NCBI GenBank assembly: GCA_963783375.1
Contig: CAWANH010000029.1
Location: 1,440,001-1,504,000 of the forward strand
Length of the DNA stretch: 64,000 nt
Origin: Candidatus Eiseniibacteriota bacterium
GTDB lineage: Bacteria > Eisenbacteria > RBG-16-71-46 > JABDJR01
Reading direction: 5' to 3'
How positions within the stretch are numbered: the stretch's first letter is position 1; each line of letters opens with the position of its first letter. This document shows, piece by piece, positions 48,021-57,998 of the stretch. The notes under the pieces are model-generated. The model was not told the DNA's origin. It searched no databases and saw only the letters and a list, made by a program, of their open reading frames with translations. The position numbers and the translations under genes are program-made.

Positions 48021-50099
48021 ATTTCCAAGAAACCCTGGGGCATCAAGAATGCCCTCGAGCTCTACAACGTCGAGGGCTGGGGTACGGGCTACTTCGGGAT
48101 CAACGAGGACGGGCGGGTGGCCGTCCACCCGGACAAGGACCCCTCCCGGGGCCTCGATCTCTACGATCTCGCCCTGGACCTCCACCAGCAAGGGGTGGGA
48201 CTCCCCCTTCTCATCCGCTTCTCCGACATCCTGAAATCGCGGATCGAAACCCTGGCCGGCTCCTTCAGCGCGGCCATCCAGGAGACCGGCTACCAGAACG
48301 GATACACCGCGGTCTACCCGATCAAGGTCAACCAGCAGCGCCACCTCATCCAGGAGGTGGTGGAGTTCGGGCGGTCGATGGGGGTCGGCCTCGAGGCGGG
48401 CTCCAAGCCGGAACTCCAGGCGGTGCTTGCCCTCACCGAGGACACGTCGCACGTCATCGTGTGCAACGGATACAAGGACGAGGAGTACATGCGCCTGGCC
48501 CTCATGGGCCAGAAGCTCGGGCACCGGGTGTTCATCGTGCTGGAAATGGTCCAGGAGGTCGACGTCCTGCTCAAGGTGGCCCGGGAGATGGGCATCAAGC
48601 CCACCGCGGGGATCCGGATCAAGCTGGCCTCGGCGGGCTCGGGCCGGTGGGCGGGGAGCGCGGGCGAGAAGAGCAAGTTCGGGATGACCCCTCCCCAGCT
48701 GGTTCGCGTGCTGGACAAGCTCCGCGCCACGGACAACCTGGACATCCTGAAGCTCATCCACTTCCATCTGGGGTCGCAGATCCCGGACATCCGCACCATC
48801 AAGGCCGCCCTGACCGAGGTGGCGCGCTACTATGCCGAGCTTCGCGGGGTGGGGGTCGACATCACCCACGTGGACGTCGGGGGCGGGCTGGGAGTGGATT
48901 ACGACGGTTCGCGCTCGGGACGGGCCTCGAGCACCAACTACTCGCTCCAGGAATACGCGAACGACATCGTCTACACCCTGAACGAGGTGTGCGAGGAGAA
49001 CGACCTTCCCGCGCCGCACATCTTCACCGAATCCGGGCGGGCGCTCACCGCCCATCACGCCATGCTCCTCATCAACGTGATCGACGTGGAGAGCCAGCAG
49101 GTGGCCCCCGACGTGCCGGTGGACCCGGAAAACGACAACCAGGTGCTGGTCACCCTTCAGGAAAGCCTGAACGATGTCTCGGTGCGGAGCCTGCGCGAGG
49201 TCTACCACGACGCGATCTTCGCCAAGGAGCGGGCGCGCGACCTGTTCAATTCCGGGGTCCTGAACCTTCGCGACCTGGCCCGGGCCGAGCAGCTCTATCT
49301 CAAGATCCTGGACGCGGTGCTCCGGGTCGCCGACCCCCATGCCCACGAGGACATCGCGGCCGAGGTGCTGGAGACCCTGACCGACCGCTACTTCCTCAAC
49401 TTCTCGCTCTTCCAGTCGCTTCCGGACAGCTGGGCCATCGACCACCTCTTCCCCATCATGCCGGTGCACCGCCTGGACGAGGAGCCGACCCGGCGCGGCA
49501 CCCTCCAGGACATCACCTGCGACTCCGACGGGAAGATCGACACCTTCGTGGGCGGGAGGCGGATGAAGCGGACCCTGGAGCTTCACGCCCTGCGTCCGGG
49601 GGAGCCGTACATCCTGGGGGTGTTCCTGACCGGGGCCTACCAGGAGATCCTGGGAGACCTGCACAACCTCTTCGGCGACACCAACGCGGTCCACATCCGG
49701 CTCCGGAACGGCGGCTACGAGATCACCGACGTGGTTCACGGGAACACGGTGACCGAGGTGCTGGAGTACGTGCAGTTCCATCCCTCGGACCTGGTGGCCA
49801 CCTTCCGCCGCAAGGTGGCGCGCGCCGCCGGGCTCTCCCGCGAGGAAGCCAACACCTTCATCGCCGATTTCATGGAGGGTCTGGACGGCTACACCTACCT
49901 GGAGTCGCCGATCGAGCTGGAGGAAGAGGACGAGTCGGCGATCGAGCCCACCGCGCCGGAGAGCGCGGGCGCGAACTCAGGCATCGCGGGAGCAGCGGCC
50001 GGAGGCCGCGAAACCCGGACTTCCGAAGGCTCCTCCGGTGAAGACGCGTCGCGCCGCGGGAACGGAGCCAAGGACGAAGCGGAGAGCCCCAGGCACTGA
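48021..50099 (+). CDS. speA: Biosynthetic arginine decarboxylase (start codon uncertain, possibly ATT 48021)
   Basis: VYPIKVNQ, GLEAGSKPEL, CNGYKD, HFHLGSQI, DVGGGLGVDYDG, FQSLPDSWAI, ITCDSDG; conserved N-terminal ELYNVEGWG.GYF lies upstream of the first GTG (48117). Confidence 0.92.
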   Translation: MSKKPWGIKNALELYNVEGWGTGYFGINEDGRVAVHPDKDPSRGLDLYDLALDLHQQGVGLPLLIRFSDILKSRIETLAGSFSAAIQETGYQNGYTAVYPIKVNQQRHLIQEVVEFGRSMGVGLEAGSKPELQAVLALTEDTSHVIVCNGYKDEEYMRLALMGQKLGHRVFIVLEMVQEVDVLLKVAREMGIKPTAGIRIKLASAGSGRWAGSAGEKSKFGMTPPQLVRVLDKLRATDNLDILKLIHFHLGSQIPDIRTIKAALTEVARYYAELRGVGVDITHVDVGGGLGVDYDGSRSGRASSTNYSLQEYANDIVYTLNEVCEENDLPAPHIFTESGRALTAHHAMLLINVIDVESQQVAPDVPVDPENDNQVLVTLQESLNDVSVRSLREVYHDAIFAKERARDLFNSGVLNLRDLARAEQLYLKILDAVLRVADPHAHEDIAAEVLETLTDRYFLNFSLFQSLPDSWAIDHLFPIMPVHRLDEEPTRRGTLQDITCDSDGKIDTFVGGRRMKRTLELHALRPGEPYILGVFLTGAYQEILGDLHNLFGDTNAVHIRLRNGGYEITDVVHGNTVTEVLEYVQFHPSDLVATFRRKVARAAGLSREEANTFIADFMEGLDGYTYLESPIELEEEDESAIEPTAPESAGANSGIAGAAAGGRETRTSEGSSGEDASRRGNGAKDEAESPRH

Positions 50100-50131
50100 A
50101 CCCGCCCGGGGCGTCCGTCCGGGGGGATCCG

Positions 50132-51229
50132 TCAGATCGCGTCGCCCCGGTGGTCCACCCACGCCCGCTCCAGGGCCTCGAGGTCGAGGCCCACGCCGAG
50201 GGGGGCGAGGACCGCGAGCGTCGCCGCGGGATCGGTCCGTAGCTTCCGGGCGGCGGCCCCGAACCCGAGCTTCCACACCCGCGCCAGGTCCCGCGGGGTG
50301 AACCGGGCGCGGATGAGCGCGAGCGCTTCCGCGGGCTCGGGCCGGAAGTGCAGGGTCACGAGATCCGGGCGCGCGCGCCGGAGAGCGGCCTCGGCGGGGG
50401 CGCACTTCACCTCGGCGCTCACCCGGCTCATCTGGTCCATCACCCCCGAGGTCCCGGTCTCCCGCACCCGGCGCTCCCCCGGCCCCGGACGGTAGGCGAC
50501 CAGTGGGCTGACCGCGAGGATCGCCTTCACCTCGGGCCGGGCGGCCAGGTCGAGATGAATGGGATGGGCGATCTGGCCGTCGATGACGTCGCGCTCCCCG
50601 ATCCGTACCGGAATGAAGTAGCCGGGGATGGCGGTGGAGCCCCGGACCGCGGTCGAGACCGGGGGGCCCGGATCGTGACCCGGCCCGAAGACCAGACGCT
50701 CGCCGCCGTCGAGATCGGTGGCGGTCACCAGGAGCGGAACCGGGAGGGCGTCGAACCGGTCCTCGATCCCCTGCCGGCGCGCCGCCCGCCGCACCAGCCG
50801 CCCCACCCCGGCGTTGGAGAAGAACCCGGCGGGGAGCCGCTCCTGGAAATCGTGGACCAGATCTCCCCAGCGGGGAACGCCGTCCCCGGAGCGGCGCCGG
50901 AAGTCGGCGGGGAGCGCGCCCAGCGCCCTCCCCCACCCGCGTAGGTGCTCGCCCCAGGGAACCCCGGAAAGCCGGCGAAGCCGCGGGGCCAACGGGTGCC
51001 GCCGGTCGCCGAGGGCGGCCAGGGCCTCGGCGGGGTCGAGCCCCATGGCCAGGACCGCGCCGACCAGGGCCCCGCAGCTCGTCCCCACGATCACCCGGGA
51101 ACGGACCGGCGACCAGCCGGTGAGGGCCGCGTCGAGGGCGGCCACCGCCCCGAACTCGAAGAACGCCCCGGGAAAGCCGCCCCCGGCCAGGCAGAGGCCG
51201 ATCGGGGGACGCAGGGGAGCCTCGTCCAT
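50132..51229 (-). CDS. Patatin-like phospholipase
   Basis: LCLAGGG, GTSCG nucleophile motif, STAIPG, IDG. Confidence 0.85.
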   Translation of the reverse strand: MDEAPLRPPIGLCLAGGGFPGAFFEFGAVAALDAALTGWSPVRSRVIVGTSCGALVGAVLAMGLDPAEALAALGDRRHPLAPRLRRLSGVPWGEHLRGWGRALGALPADFRRRSGDGVPRWGDLVHDFQERLPAGFFSNAGVGRLVRRAARRQGIEDRFDALPVPLLVTATDLDGGERLVFGPGHDPGPPVSTAVRGSTAIPGYFIPVRIGERDVIDGQIAHPIHLDLAARPEVKAILAVSPLVAYRPGPGERRVRETGTSGVMDQMSRVSAEVKCAPAEAALRRARPDLVTLHFRPEPAEALALIRARFTPRDLARVWKLGFGAAARKLRTDPAATLAVLAPLGVGLDLEALERAWVDHRGDAI

Positions 51230-51237
51230 CCGCCCCC

Positions 51238-53100
51238 CTACTCTTCCCGCCCCACCGGGTAGAGCCGCCAGCGGGCGTCGGCGTAGGGGGTCCGGTCGTA
51301 GAACCAGCCGAGACGCGCCTCCGGATTCCCGGTGAACTGCGGGTCGGCGGCCAGGGTGTCCTTGAAGGCCCGGGCGAGGGGGGGATCCTCGGCGAGCATG
51401 CGCGAGGCCAGGGGCTCCAGCACGTAGCTCTCCGCGTACTCGGTCTTCTGGAGGATCTCCAGGAAGAACCCCCACTGGAAGAAGGAGTCTCCGGACTGCG
51501 GCTCCAGGAGCGCCGCGGCCAGGTCCCCCAGGGGCTGGTCGGCGGGCACCCGCACCGATCCCGCCGGGTAGCGTTCGGTGTGATGCTCGGCAACCGGAGT
51601 TCCGCTCACCCGTGCGTGGCCTTCGAGGGGCTCGGCGTCGAGCTTCGGATCCCCGATCCGGTACTCGGTGACCTCCACGTCCCGGGGGGCATCCAGCGTC
51701 TCCATACGGATCCCGTGGAGCCGGAGCCGCTCGATCACCTCCGCCCAGGCGGCCGGCACCCACCACGCCCTGGGCCGGGCGACCACGGTCACCGGGCGGG
51801 TGTAGCGAAGGACGGGAACCTCCAGGGTGTCCGGCTCCCCGGTCCAGACCGTGCGGAGCCCGCCGGAGACCGGCGACAGCTCGCGCTTCATCCGGATCCC
51901 CAGGAAGGTCCGGGTGGGCGGCGGACCCTCGGCGACCCGCCACCCCAGGGGGATCTCCTTCCGGTGGAAGGTGCGGTCGGCATCGGTCGCCCGCTCCAGC
52001 GTCCGCGCGTTCTCTCCGAGGACCCGGAGCGCGGTCTCCAGGAACACGTAGGTCCCCAGCACCCGGCGGTCGTAGGACTTGAGGGAGTGGGTTTCCACCA
52101 GCACGGTGGGGTTGTGGCGGATGTCGCCGTAGCCGTCGGAGAAGCGCGGGGTCGGGGTCCAGTCGATGACCCCCTTCGAGAGGTCCGCGTCGTCCGCGGC
52201 GAAGAAGAACGGTCCGGGAACGTGGCCCATGGCGGTGAGGTCGTGGGTCTCGGCCGGGGTGAGGACGGCGTCGAGCCAGGCCGCGGCATTGGGGGAGTAG
52301 GCGTGGGGGCCGGGGTAGCCCCAGGTCACGTCGTACTGGCAGTCGATGCCGTCGGTGACGTGCACGTCCACCGCGAGATCCGGGTCCCACGCGTTCAGCA
52401 TCGCCACCTCCGCGCGAACCTCGGGGGTATCGAGCTTGGCGTAGTCCCGGTTCAGGTTCAGGTTCCGGGCGTTGGTCCGCCAGCCCATCTGCCGGGGACC
52501 GCGCTGGTTGATGCGCCCGTAGGGGGAGAACCGTTCGTGTCCGTCCACGTTCAGGATGGGAACGAAGAGGAGGTTGGCGCCCGCCAGAAGCGCGGCCTGG
52601 TTCCCCCGCACGGTGAGGTCGCGAAGGAGCATCATCCCCGCGTCCTTCCCGTCGATCTCTCCGGCGTGGATCCCCGCCTGGACGTAAAGGGTGGGCTTTC
52701 CCGACTTAGCCAGCGCCTCCGCGGTGAACGCCCGGTCGGCGGAGGCCACCACCATCCAGATCGTTCGTCCCTCCGGGCTCGTTCCCAGCGCGACCATCTC
52801 CACCTCGGGGGAGGCGTCGGCCAGCTTCCCGAGCCAGGCCACGGTCTCGTCGTAACGCGGGGTGTCGGTGAGGCCGCTCTTCTCGAAGGGGGTGGCCCAG
52901 GGGTCGTCGCCGGGGACCGCCAGCCGCCGGCTCGCCCCGTCCCAGGGCGTCTCCGGAGGGAGGGTCTGCTCGAAGAGCGAGGTCCCGGGATAGAGGGTGG
53001 CGCCGGGGGCGGGGGCGTCCTGGCCTCGGGCGGGGAGGGCTAGCGCCGCGGTCAGGCCGGCCGCGGCGATCAGGAATCGCGAAAAACAGCGAAAGGACAT
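51238..53100 (-). CDS. Exported M14-family zinc carboxypeptidase
   Basis: GIHAGEIDG, NVDGHE, NLNRD, DVHVTDG; signal peptide. Confidence 0.88.
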   Translation of the reverse strand: MSFRCFSRFLIAAAGLTAALALPARGQDAPAPGATLYPGTSLFEQTLPPETPWDGASRRLAVPGDDPWATPFEKSGLTDTPRYDETVAWLGKLADASPEVEMVALGTSPEGRTIWMVVASADRAFTAEALAKSGKPTLYVQAGIHAGEIDGKDAGMMLLRDLTVRGNQAALLAGANLLFVPILNVDGHERFSPYGRINQRGPRQMGWRTNARNLNLNRDYAKLDTPEVRAEVAMLNAWDPDLAVDVHVTDGIDCQYDVTWGYPGPHAYSPNAAAWLDAVLTPAETHDLTAMGHVPGPFFFAADDADLSKGVIDWTPTPRFSDGYGDIRHNPTVLVETHSLKSYDRRVLGTYVFLETALRVLGENARTLERATDADRTFHRKEIPLGWRVAEGPPPTRTFLGIRMKRELSPVSGGLRTVWTGEPDTLEVPVLRYTRPVTVVARPRAWWVPAAWAEVIERLRLHGIRMETLDAPRDVEVTEYRIGDPKLDAEPLEGHARVSGTPVAEHHTERYPAGSVRVPADQPLGDLAAALLEPQSGDSFFQWGFFLEILQKTEYAESYVLEPLASRMLAEDPPLARAFKDTLAADPQFTGNPEARLGWFYDRTPYADARWRLYPVGREE

Positions 53101-53117
53101 GGAATTCCTCCGGGGGA

Positions 53118-53456
53118 TCACTCCTCTTCGGGGGGGGCGGTTCCGGGAAGCGGCGCCGACGGGAGGGAAATCCGGGGTTCCTCGGGGTGGCGGCGATAGA
53201 GGAGGATGGTGCGTCCGAGGACCTGCACCACTTCGGAGCCGGAGCGGTCGGCCAGGTCCACCCCCACTTCCTTCCGGTGGATGGGGCAGGTGTCGAGGAC
53301 CTTGAGCTTGATCAGCTCCGCGGAGCGATGGGCGGATTCCAGGGCGCCCAGCACCTCGTCCGAAACCCCGTCCTTGCCCACGAACACGGTCGGCTTGAGC
53401 GCGTTCCCGAGGGCGCGCAGGGCGCGCCGGTCGGCTCCGGTGAGTTGAATATCCAT
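53118..53456 (-). CDS. yhbY: YhbY/CRM-domain RNA-binding protein
   Basis: LRALGNALKPTVFVGKDG, ELIKLKV, VQVLGRTILLYR. Confidence 0.9.
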   Translation of the reverse strand: MDIQLTGADRRALRALGNALKPTVFVGKDGVSDEVLGALESAHRSAELIKLKVLDTCPIHRKEVGVDLADRSGSEVVQVLGRTILLYRRHPEEPRISLPSAPLPGTAPPEEE

Positions 53457-53726
53457 GGCGGGAAGGCTACCACACCCGATCCGTCCCGGCGCGGCGCGTC
53501 CGCCGCGCGCAGATCCGTGAGGGTCCGGAAGCGTGCCGGTCGGCGGCGGACCCGCCATCGCGGGGGCGGCTCCGCGGGGTTTCCCGGGGCGTGGACAATC
53601 CCCGGTGGCATCCGCCCCGTCCTTGTGATGGAATGAGGGACTCAACCGACCCGTGGAGCGTAACCTTCAGGAAACGGGCCGCCGGTCCCTCGATCGGGCC
53701 GGCGCCGGACCCGGGAGTTTCAGACC

Positions 53727-54383
53727 ATGGCCGAAAGTCCCCGTCGCGACCCCATGCCCATGACCTTCAAGCCTCATCCCTGGCACGGCATCCCCATCGG
53801 GCCCAAGGCCCCGGAGATCGTCACCGCCTACATCGAGATCGTGCCCACCGACACCGTGAAGTACGAGATCGACAAGGTGACCGGGTATCTCAAGGTGGAC
53901 CGCCCCCAGAAGTACTCCAACGTCTGTCCCAGCCTCTACGGCCTCATCCCCCGCACGCTCTGCGCGGAGCGGGTGGGCGAGTTCTGCTCGGAGCGGGCGG
54001 GCCGGAAGGACGTCCCCGGTGACGGCGACCCCATGGACGTCTGCGTCCTGTCGGAGCGCAACTTCACCCACGGGAACTTCCTCCTCCGCGCGGTTCCCAT
54101 CGGCGGGCTCCGCATGCTCGACAAGGGACAGGCCGACGACAAGATCATCGCGGTGCTGGACGGCGACGTGGGGTATGGGAGCTGGAAGGACATCGAGGAC
54201 TGTCCCAAGGGACTGATCGAGAGGCTCCGCCACTACTTCCTCACCTACAAGGAGCCCCCCGGAGCCCACCGGCCGGTCACCGAGATCCTCGACGTCTACG
54301 ACGCCGCCGAGGCCCGGCTGGTGATCGAGCGCAGCCGGGAGGACTACCGGAACCACTTCCCGGGGATGTTCGGCGCGGAATGA
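53727..54383 (+). CDS. ppa: Inorganic pyrophosphatase (family I)
   Basis: HPWHG, KYEIDK, YGLIPRT, DGDPMDV, DDKIIAV. Confidence 0.93.
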   Translation: MAESPRRDPMPMTFKPHPWHGIPIGPKAPEIVTAYIEIVPTDTVKYEIDKVTGYLKVDRPQKYSNVCPSLYGLIPRTLCAERVGEFCSERAGRKDVPGDGDPMDVCVLSERNFTHGNFLLRAVPIGGLRMLDKGQADDKIIAVLDGDVGYGSWKDIEDCPKGLIERLRHYFLTYKEPPGAHRPVTEILDVYDAAEARLVIERSREDYRNHFPGMFGAE

Positions 54384-56872
54384 GCGACGCGCCCTGGACG
54401 GTCCACAAGTTCGGGGGGACCTCGCTCGCCGACCCGGCCGGTTACCGGAACGCGGCGCAGCTCATGGCCGCGGACGGAAACGGGCGGGCGGCGGCGGTGG
54501 TGTCCGCCCCGGCCGGGGTCACCGACGCCCTGATCGACGCGGTGGAGCGGGCGGCCGGCCAGGATCCCGGCTACCCGGCCGGATTGCGGAGCCTCGAATC
54601 GCGGGTCCGGGGGATCGGCGAGCGCCTCCTGGGCGGTGCGCGCGCCCAGGAGGTCGCGGTCTCGCTCCAGAAGGACGTGGCCGACCTCCTGGACATCCTC
54701 CGCGGGGTGAGCCTCACCCGGGTCTACGCCGAGGAGACCCTGGAGCTGGTGGCGGGCTACGGGGAACTGTGGTCCGCGCGCATCCTCCACGCGCACCTCC
54801 TCTCCGAGGGGGCGGACGCGGACCGGCTCGACGCCCGCGAGGTGCTCGTGGTGGCGCCCGGCGAGACCGGCCCCTCGGTGGACTGGGAGGTGACCGTGGA
54901 CCGGTTCGAGGCCTGGCGGAAGCGTCACCGGTCCCCGCGGCTGGTCATCACCGGCTACGTCGCCTCGAACCCGGCCGGCATCCCCACCACCCTGAAGCGG
55001 AACGGAAGCGACTTCTCGGCCTCGATCTTCGGCGCCCTGCTCCATGCCGACGTCATCACCATCTGGACCGACGTGGACGGGGTGCTGAGCGCGGATCCCC
55101 GGCGGGTGCCCGACGCCCACGTCCTCCCCCGCCTCTCCTACAACGAGGCCATGGAGCTGGCCTACTTCGGGGCCAAGGTGCTCCATCCCCACACCATGGC
55201 TCCGGCCATCCGGGAAGGGATCCCCATCCGCATCCGGAACACCTTCCGCCCCGATCTCCCGGGTACCCTCATCCACCGTCGCGAGACCCCGGCGGGGGCG
55301 GTGGCGGTCCGGGCCGCGGTCAAGGGGTTCTCCTCGGTGGAGCCGGTGGCCCTGGTGAACGTGGAGGGAACCGGGATGATCGGGGTGCCGGGGGTGGCTC
55401 ACCGGCTGTTCGGGGCGCTCCGCGAGGCGGGGATCTCGGTGATCATGATCTCCCAGGCCAGCTCCGAACACTCGATCTGCTTTGCGGTGCCCGAAGACCA
55501 GGCCGACCGCGCCCGCCGCGCGGTGGAGGACGGGTTCTTCGCGGAGATCCACCACGGGCAGGTGCAGACGGTGGACGTGGTCCGCCCCTGCAGCATCGTG
55601 GCTGCGGTGGGCGACGACATGGTCCGCACCACCGGGGTGGCGGCGCGCTTCTTCGGGGCGCTGGGGAAGGCGGGGGTGAACGTCCGCGCGGTGGCCCAGG
55701 GCTCCTCGGAACGGAACATCTCCGTGGTCGTGGACGCCGAGGCCTCCACGCGGGCGATACGGGCCCTCCACGCCGGGTTCTATCTTTCCGACCAGACCCT
55801 GTCGGTGGGGCTGGTGGGGCCGGGATCGATCGGATCCGAGCTGCTGCGCCAGATCCAGGCCCAGCGGGAAGCCTTGAAGACCCGGTTCTCCATCGACCTC
55901 CGGATTCGCGGCATCATGAACTCCCGGGCCATGGTCCTGGACGAGACGGGACTCGACCCCGCCGAATGGGAGGCGGCGCTCGCCGGGCGCGGCGCCCTTC
56001 CGGATCCCGGCGCGTTCGTGGATCACGTTCACGGCGGGCACCTCCCCCACTCGGTCATCGTCGACTGCACGGCCAGCGAAACCATGGCCGCGCGCTACGC
56101 CGACTGGCTCTCGCGGGGGGTGCACGTGATCACGCCCAACAAGAAGGCGGGCTCGGCGGACTACGCTTCCTATCGGAAGCTCCGCGAGCTGGGCCGGAAG
56201 ATGAACACCCACTACCTCTACGAAGCGACGGTGGGGGCCGGCCTCCCCGTCATCACCACCCTCCGCGATCTGCTCCAGACCGGGGACCGGGTGATCTCGA
56301 TCGAAGGCGTGCTCTCGGGGACGGCGTCGTTCATCTTCAACGAGCTGGGAGCCGGCCGGTCCTTCTCGGAGCTGGTGCGGGAAGCGGCGCGGCGCGGCTA
56401 CACCGAGCCGGACCCGCGCGACGATCTCTCCGGGATGGACGTGGCCCGGAAGGCGGTGATCCTGGCCCGGGAGATGGGGACGGAGCTGGAGCTGGCCGCG
56501 GTGCCGGTGGAATCCCTGGTGCCGGAGGCGCTGGCCACCACGGATTCGGTGGGGGCGTTCCTCGACGGGTTGGCCGCGCGCGACGAGGAGATGGAAGGCC
56601 TGCGTTCGGCGGCCGAGGCCTCGGGCGAGGTGCTCCGGTACGTGGCGGCGATCGGGGAAGACGGCCGGGCATCGGTGGGTCTCCGCCGCTATCCCGCCGA
56701 CCATCCGTTCGCGCGCATCACGGGGACCGACAACATCATCGCCTTCCGGACCGAGCGCTACGACGCCCAGCCCCTCTTCGTTCAGGGACCGGGGGCGGGA
56801 CCGGAGGTCACCGCGGGGGGCGTGTTCGCCGATCTATTGAGGTTGGCCTCCTACCTGGGAGCGCCGTCATGA
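54380..56872 (+). CDS. thrA: Bifunctional aspartate kinase/homoserine dehydrogenase I
   Basis: HKFGGTS, RNGSDFSA, WTDVDGVLSADPR, two ACT domains, GPGSIG, TPNKK, YEATVGAGLP, TEPDPRDDLSG. Confidence 0.96.
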   Translation: MSDAPWTVHKFGGTSLADPAGYRNAAQLMAADGNGRAAAVVSAPAGVTDALIDAVERAAGQDPGYPAGLRSLESRVRGIGERLLGGARAQEVAVSLQKDVADLLDILRGVSLTRVYAEETLELVAGYGELWSARILHAHLLSEGADADRLDAREVLVVAPGETGPSVDWEVTVDRFEAWRKRHRSPRLVITGYVASNPAGIPTTLKRNGSDFSASIFGALLHADVITIWTDVDGVLSADPRRVPDAHVLPRLSYNEAMELAYFGAKVLHPHTMAPAIREGIPIRIRNTFRPDLPGTLIHRRETPAGAVAVRAAVKGFSSVEPVALVNVEGTGMIGVPGVAHRLFGALREAGISVIMISQASSEHSICFAVPEDQADRARRAVEDGFFAEIHHGQVQTVDVVRPCSIVAAVGDDMVRTTGVAARFFGALGKAGVNVRAVAQGSSERNISVVVDAEASTRAIRALHAGFYLSDQTLSVGLVGPGSIGSELLRQIQAQREALKTRFSIDLRIRGIMNSRAMVLDETGLDPAEWEAALAGRGALPDPGAFVDHVHGGHLPHSVIVDCTASETMAARYADWLSRGVHVITPNKKAGSADYASYRKLRELGRKMNTHYLYEATVGAGLPVITTLRDLLQTGDRVISIEGVLSGTASFIFNELGAGRSFSELVREAARRGYTEPDPRDDLSGMDVARKAVILAREMGTELELAAVPVESLVPEALATTDSVGAFLDGLAARDEEMEGLRSAAEASGEVLRYVAAIGEDGRASVGLRRYPADHPFARITGTDNIIAFRTERYDAQPLFVQGPGAGPEVTAGGVFADLLRLASYLGAPS

Positions 56873-57987
56873 GCCCGCGCCGGGAGGCCGGACGGGGCGC
56901 CGGGTCCTCGCGGGAGGCGCGCGCCGCGCGCCGGAAGGGGAAGGCGGAGGTCGCCACCGTGGCCACCGCGTTCGCCCCCGCCACCGTGGCCAACGTGGCG
57001 GTGGGCTTCGACGTCCTGGGCTTCGCCCTGGAAGGGATCGGAGACGCGGTCACGGTGACGCGAACCCCGTGGGCGGGCGCCGGCCCGGCGGTGCGGGTGG
57101 AGTCGGTGGAAGGCGACGCGATCGCGCCCGGCTCGGTGCCGCTCGATCCCGACCGGAACACCTCCGCGGTGGCGCTGGCCGCCATGGTGGATTCGCTGGG
57201 CCTTCGCCACGGGTTCTCGGTGGCCATCCGGAAGGGGATTCCCTTGAGCTCGGGGATGGGAGGCTCCGCGGCCTCGGCGGTGGGCGCGGTGGTGGCGGCC
57301 AACGCGCTTCTGGACACCGCGCTCTCCCGGGACCGGCTCCTGGCCTTCGCCCTGGCCGGAGAAGCAGCGGCAAGCGGCGCGCCCCACGCCGACAACGTGG
57401 TGCCGTGCCTCTACGGCGGGCTGACCGCGGTGGTGCCGGGGGCCGCCGCGCGGTCCGCCGGGCCGGCGGTGGGAAGCGTCTTGCCGTTCACGGGGGCGGC
57501 GCCGGGCGCCGGAGAGGAGAGCGCGCTCCGGGTGGTGCCGCTCCCCGTACCGCCCGGAGTATCCGCGGTGGTGGTGCGGCCGCACCTGGAGCTGGATACC
57601 CGCCGGGCCCGGGCCGCGCTCGCGAAGACGGTGCCCCTGGAGCGGTTCGTGGAGCAGTCGGCGTTACTGGCCGGGTTCGTGGCCGCGTGTTTCAGCGGGG
57701 ATCTGGGGCTGGTGGCGTGCACCCTTCGGGACGTGGTGGTGGAGCCACAGCGGGCGGCCCTGGTGCCGGGTTTTCCCGAGACGCGCGACGCGGCCCTGGC
57801 CGCGGGGGCGTTGGGGTGTTCGCTCTCCGGATCGGGGCCCTCGGTCTTCGCCTGGGTGGCTTCGGCGGCCGCCGCCGAGGCGGTGAAGAGCGCGGTGCGC
57901 TCCGCCTTCGCCGCCCGCGGCATCGAAAGCGATGCGTGGGTCTCGGCGGTGGGGGCGCCGGGGGCGCGGGTGGTGGAGAGCCGGTGA
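56869..57987 (+). CDS. thrB: Homoserine kinase
   Basis: APATVANVAVGFDVLG, KGIPLSSGMGGSAAS, HADNV, SGSGPS. Confidence 0.93.
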   Translation: MSPRREAGRGAGSSREARAARRKGKAEVATVATAFAPATVANVAVGFDVLGFALEGIGDAVTVTRTPWAGAGPAVRVESVEGDAIAPGSVPLDPDRNTSAVALAAMVDSLGLRHGFSVAIRKGIPLSSGMGGSAASAVGAVVAANALLDTALSRDRLLAFALAGEAAASGAPHADNVVPCLYGGLTAVVPGAAARSAGPAVGSVLPFTGAAPGAGEESALRVVPLPVPPGVSAVVVRPHLELDTRRARAALAKTVPLERFVEQSALLAGFVAACFSGDLGLVACTLRDVVVEPQRAALVPGFPETRDAALAAGALGCSLSGSGPSVFAWVASAAAAEAVKSAVRSAFAARGIESDAWVSAVGAPGARVVESR

Positions 57988-57998
57988 CGGGGGGCGCC

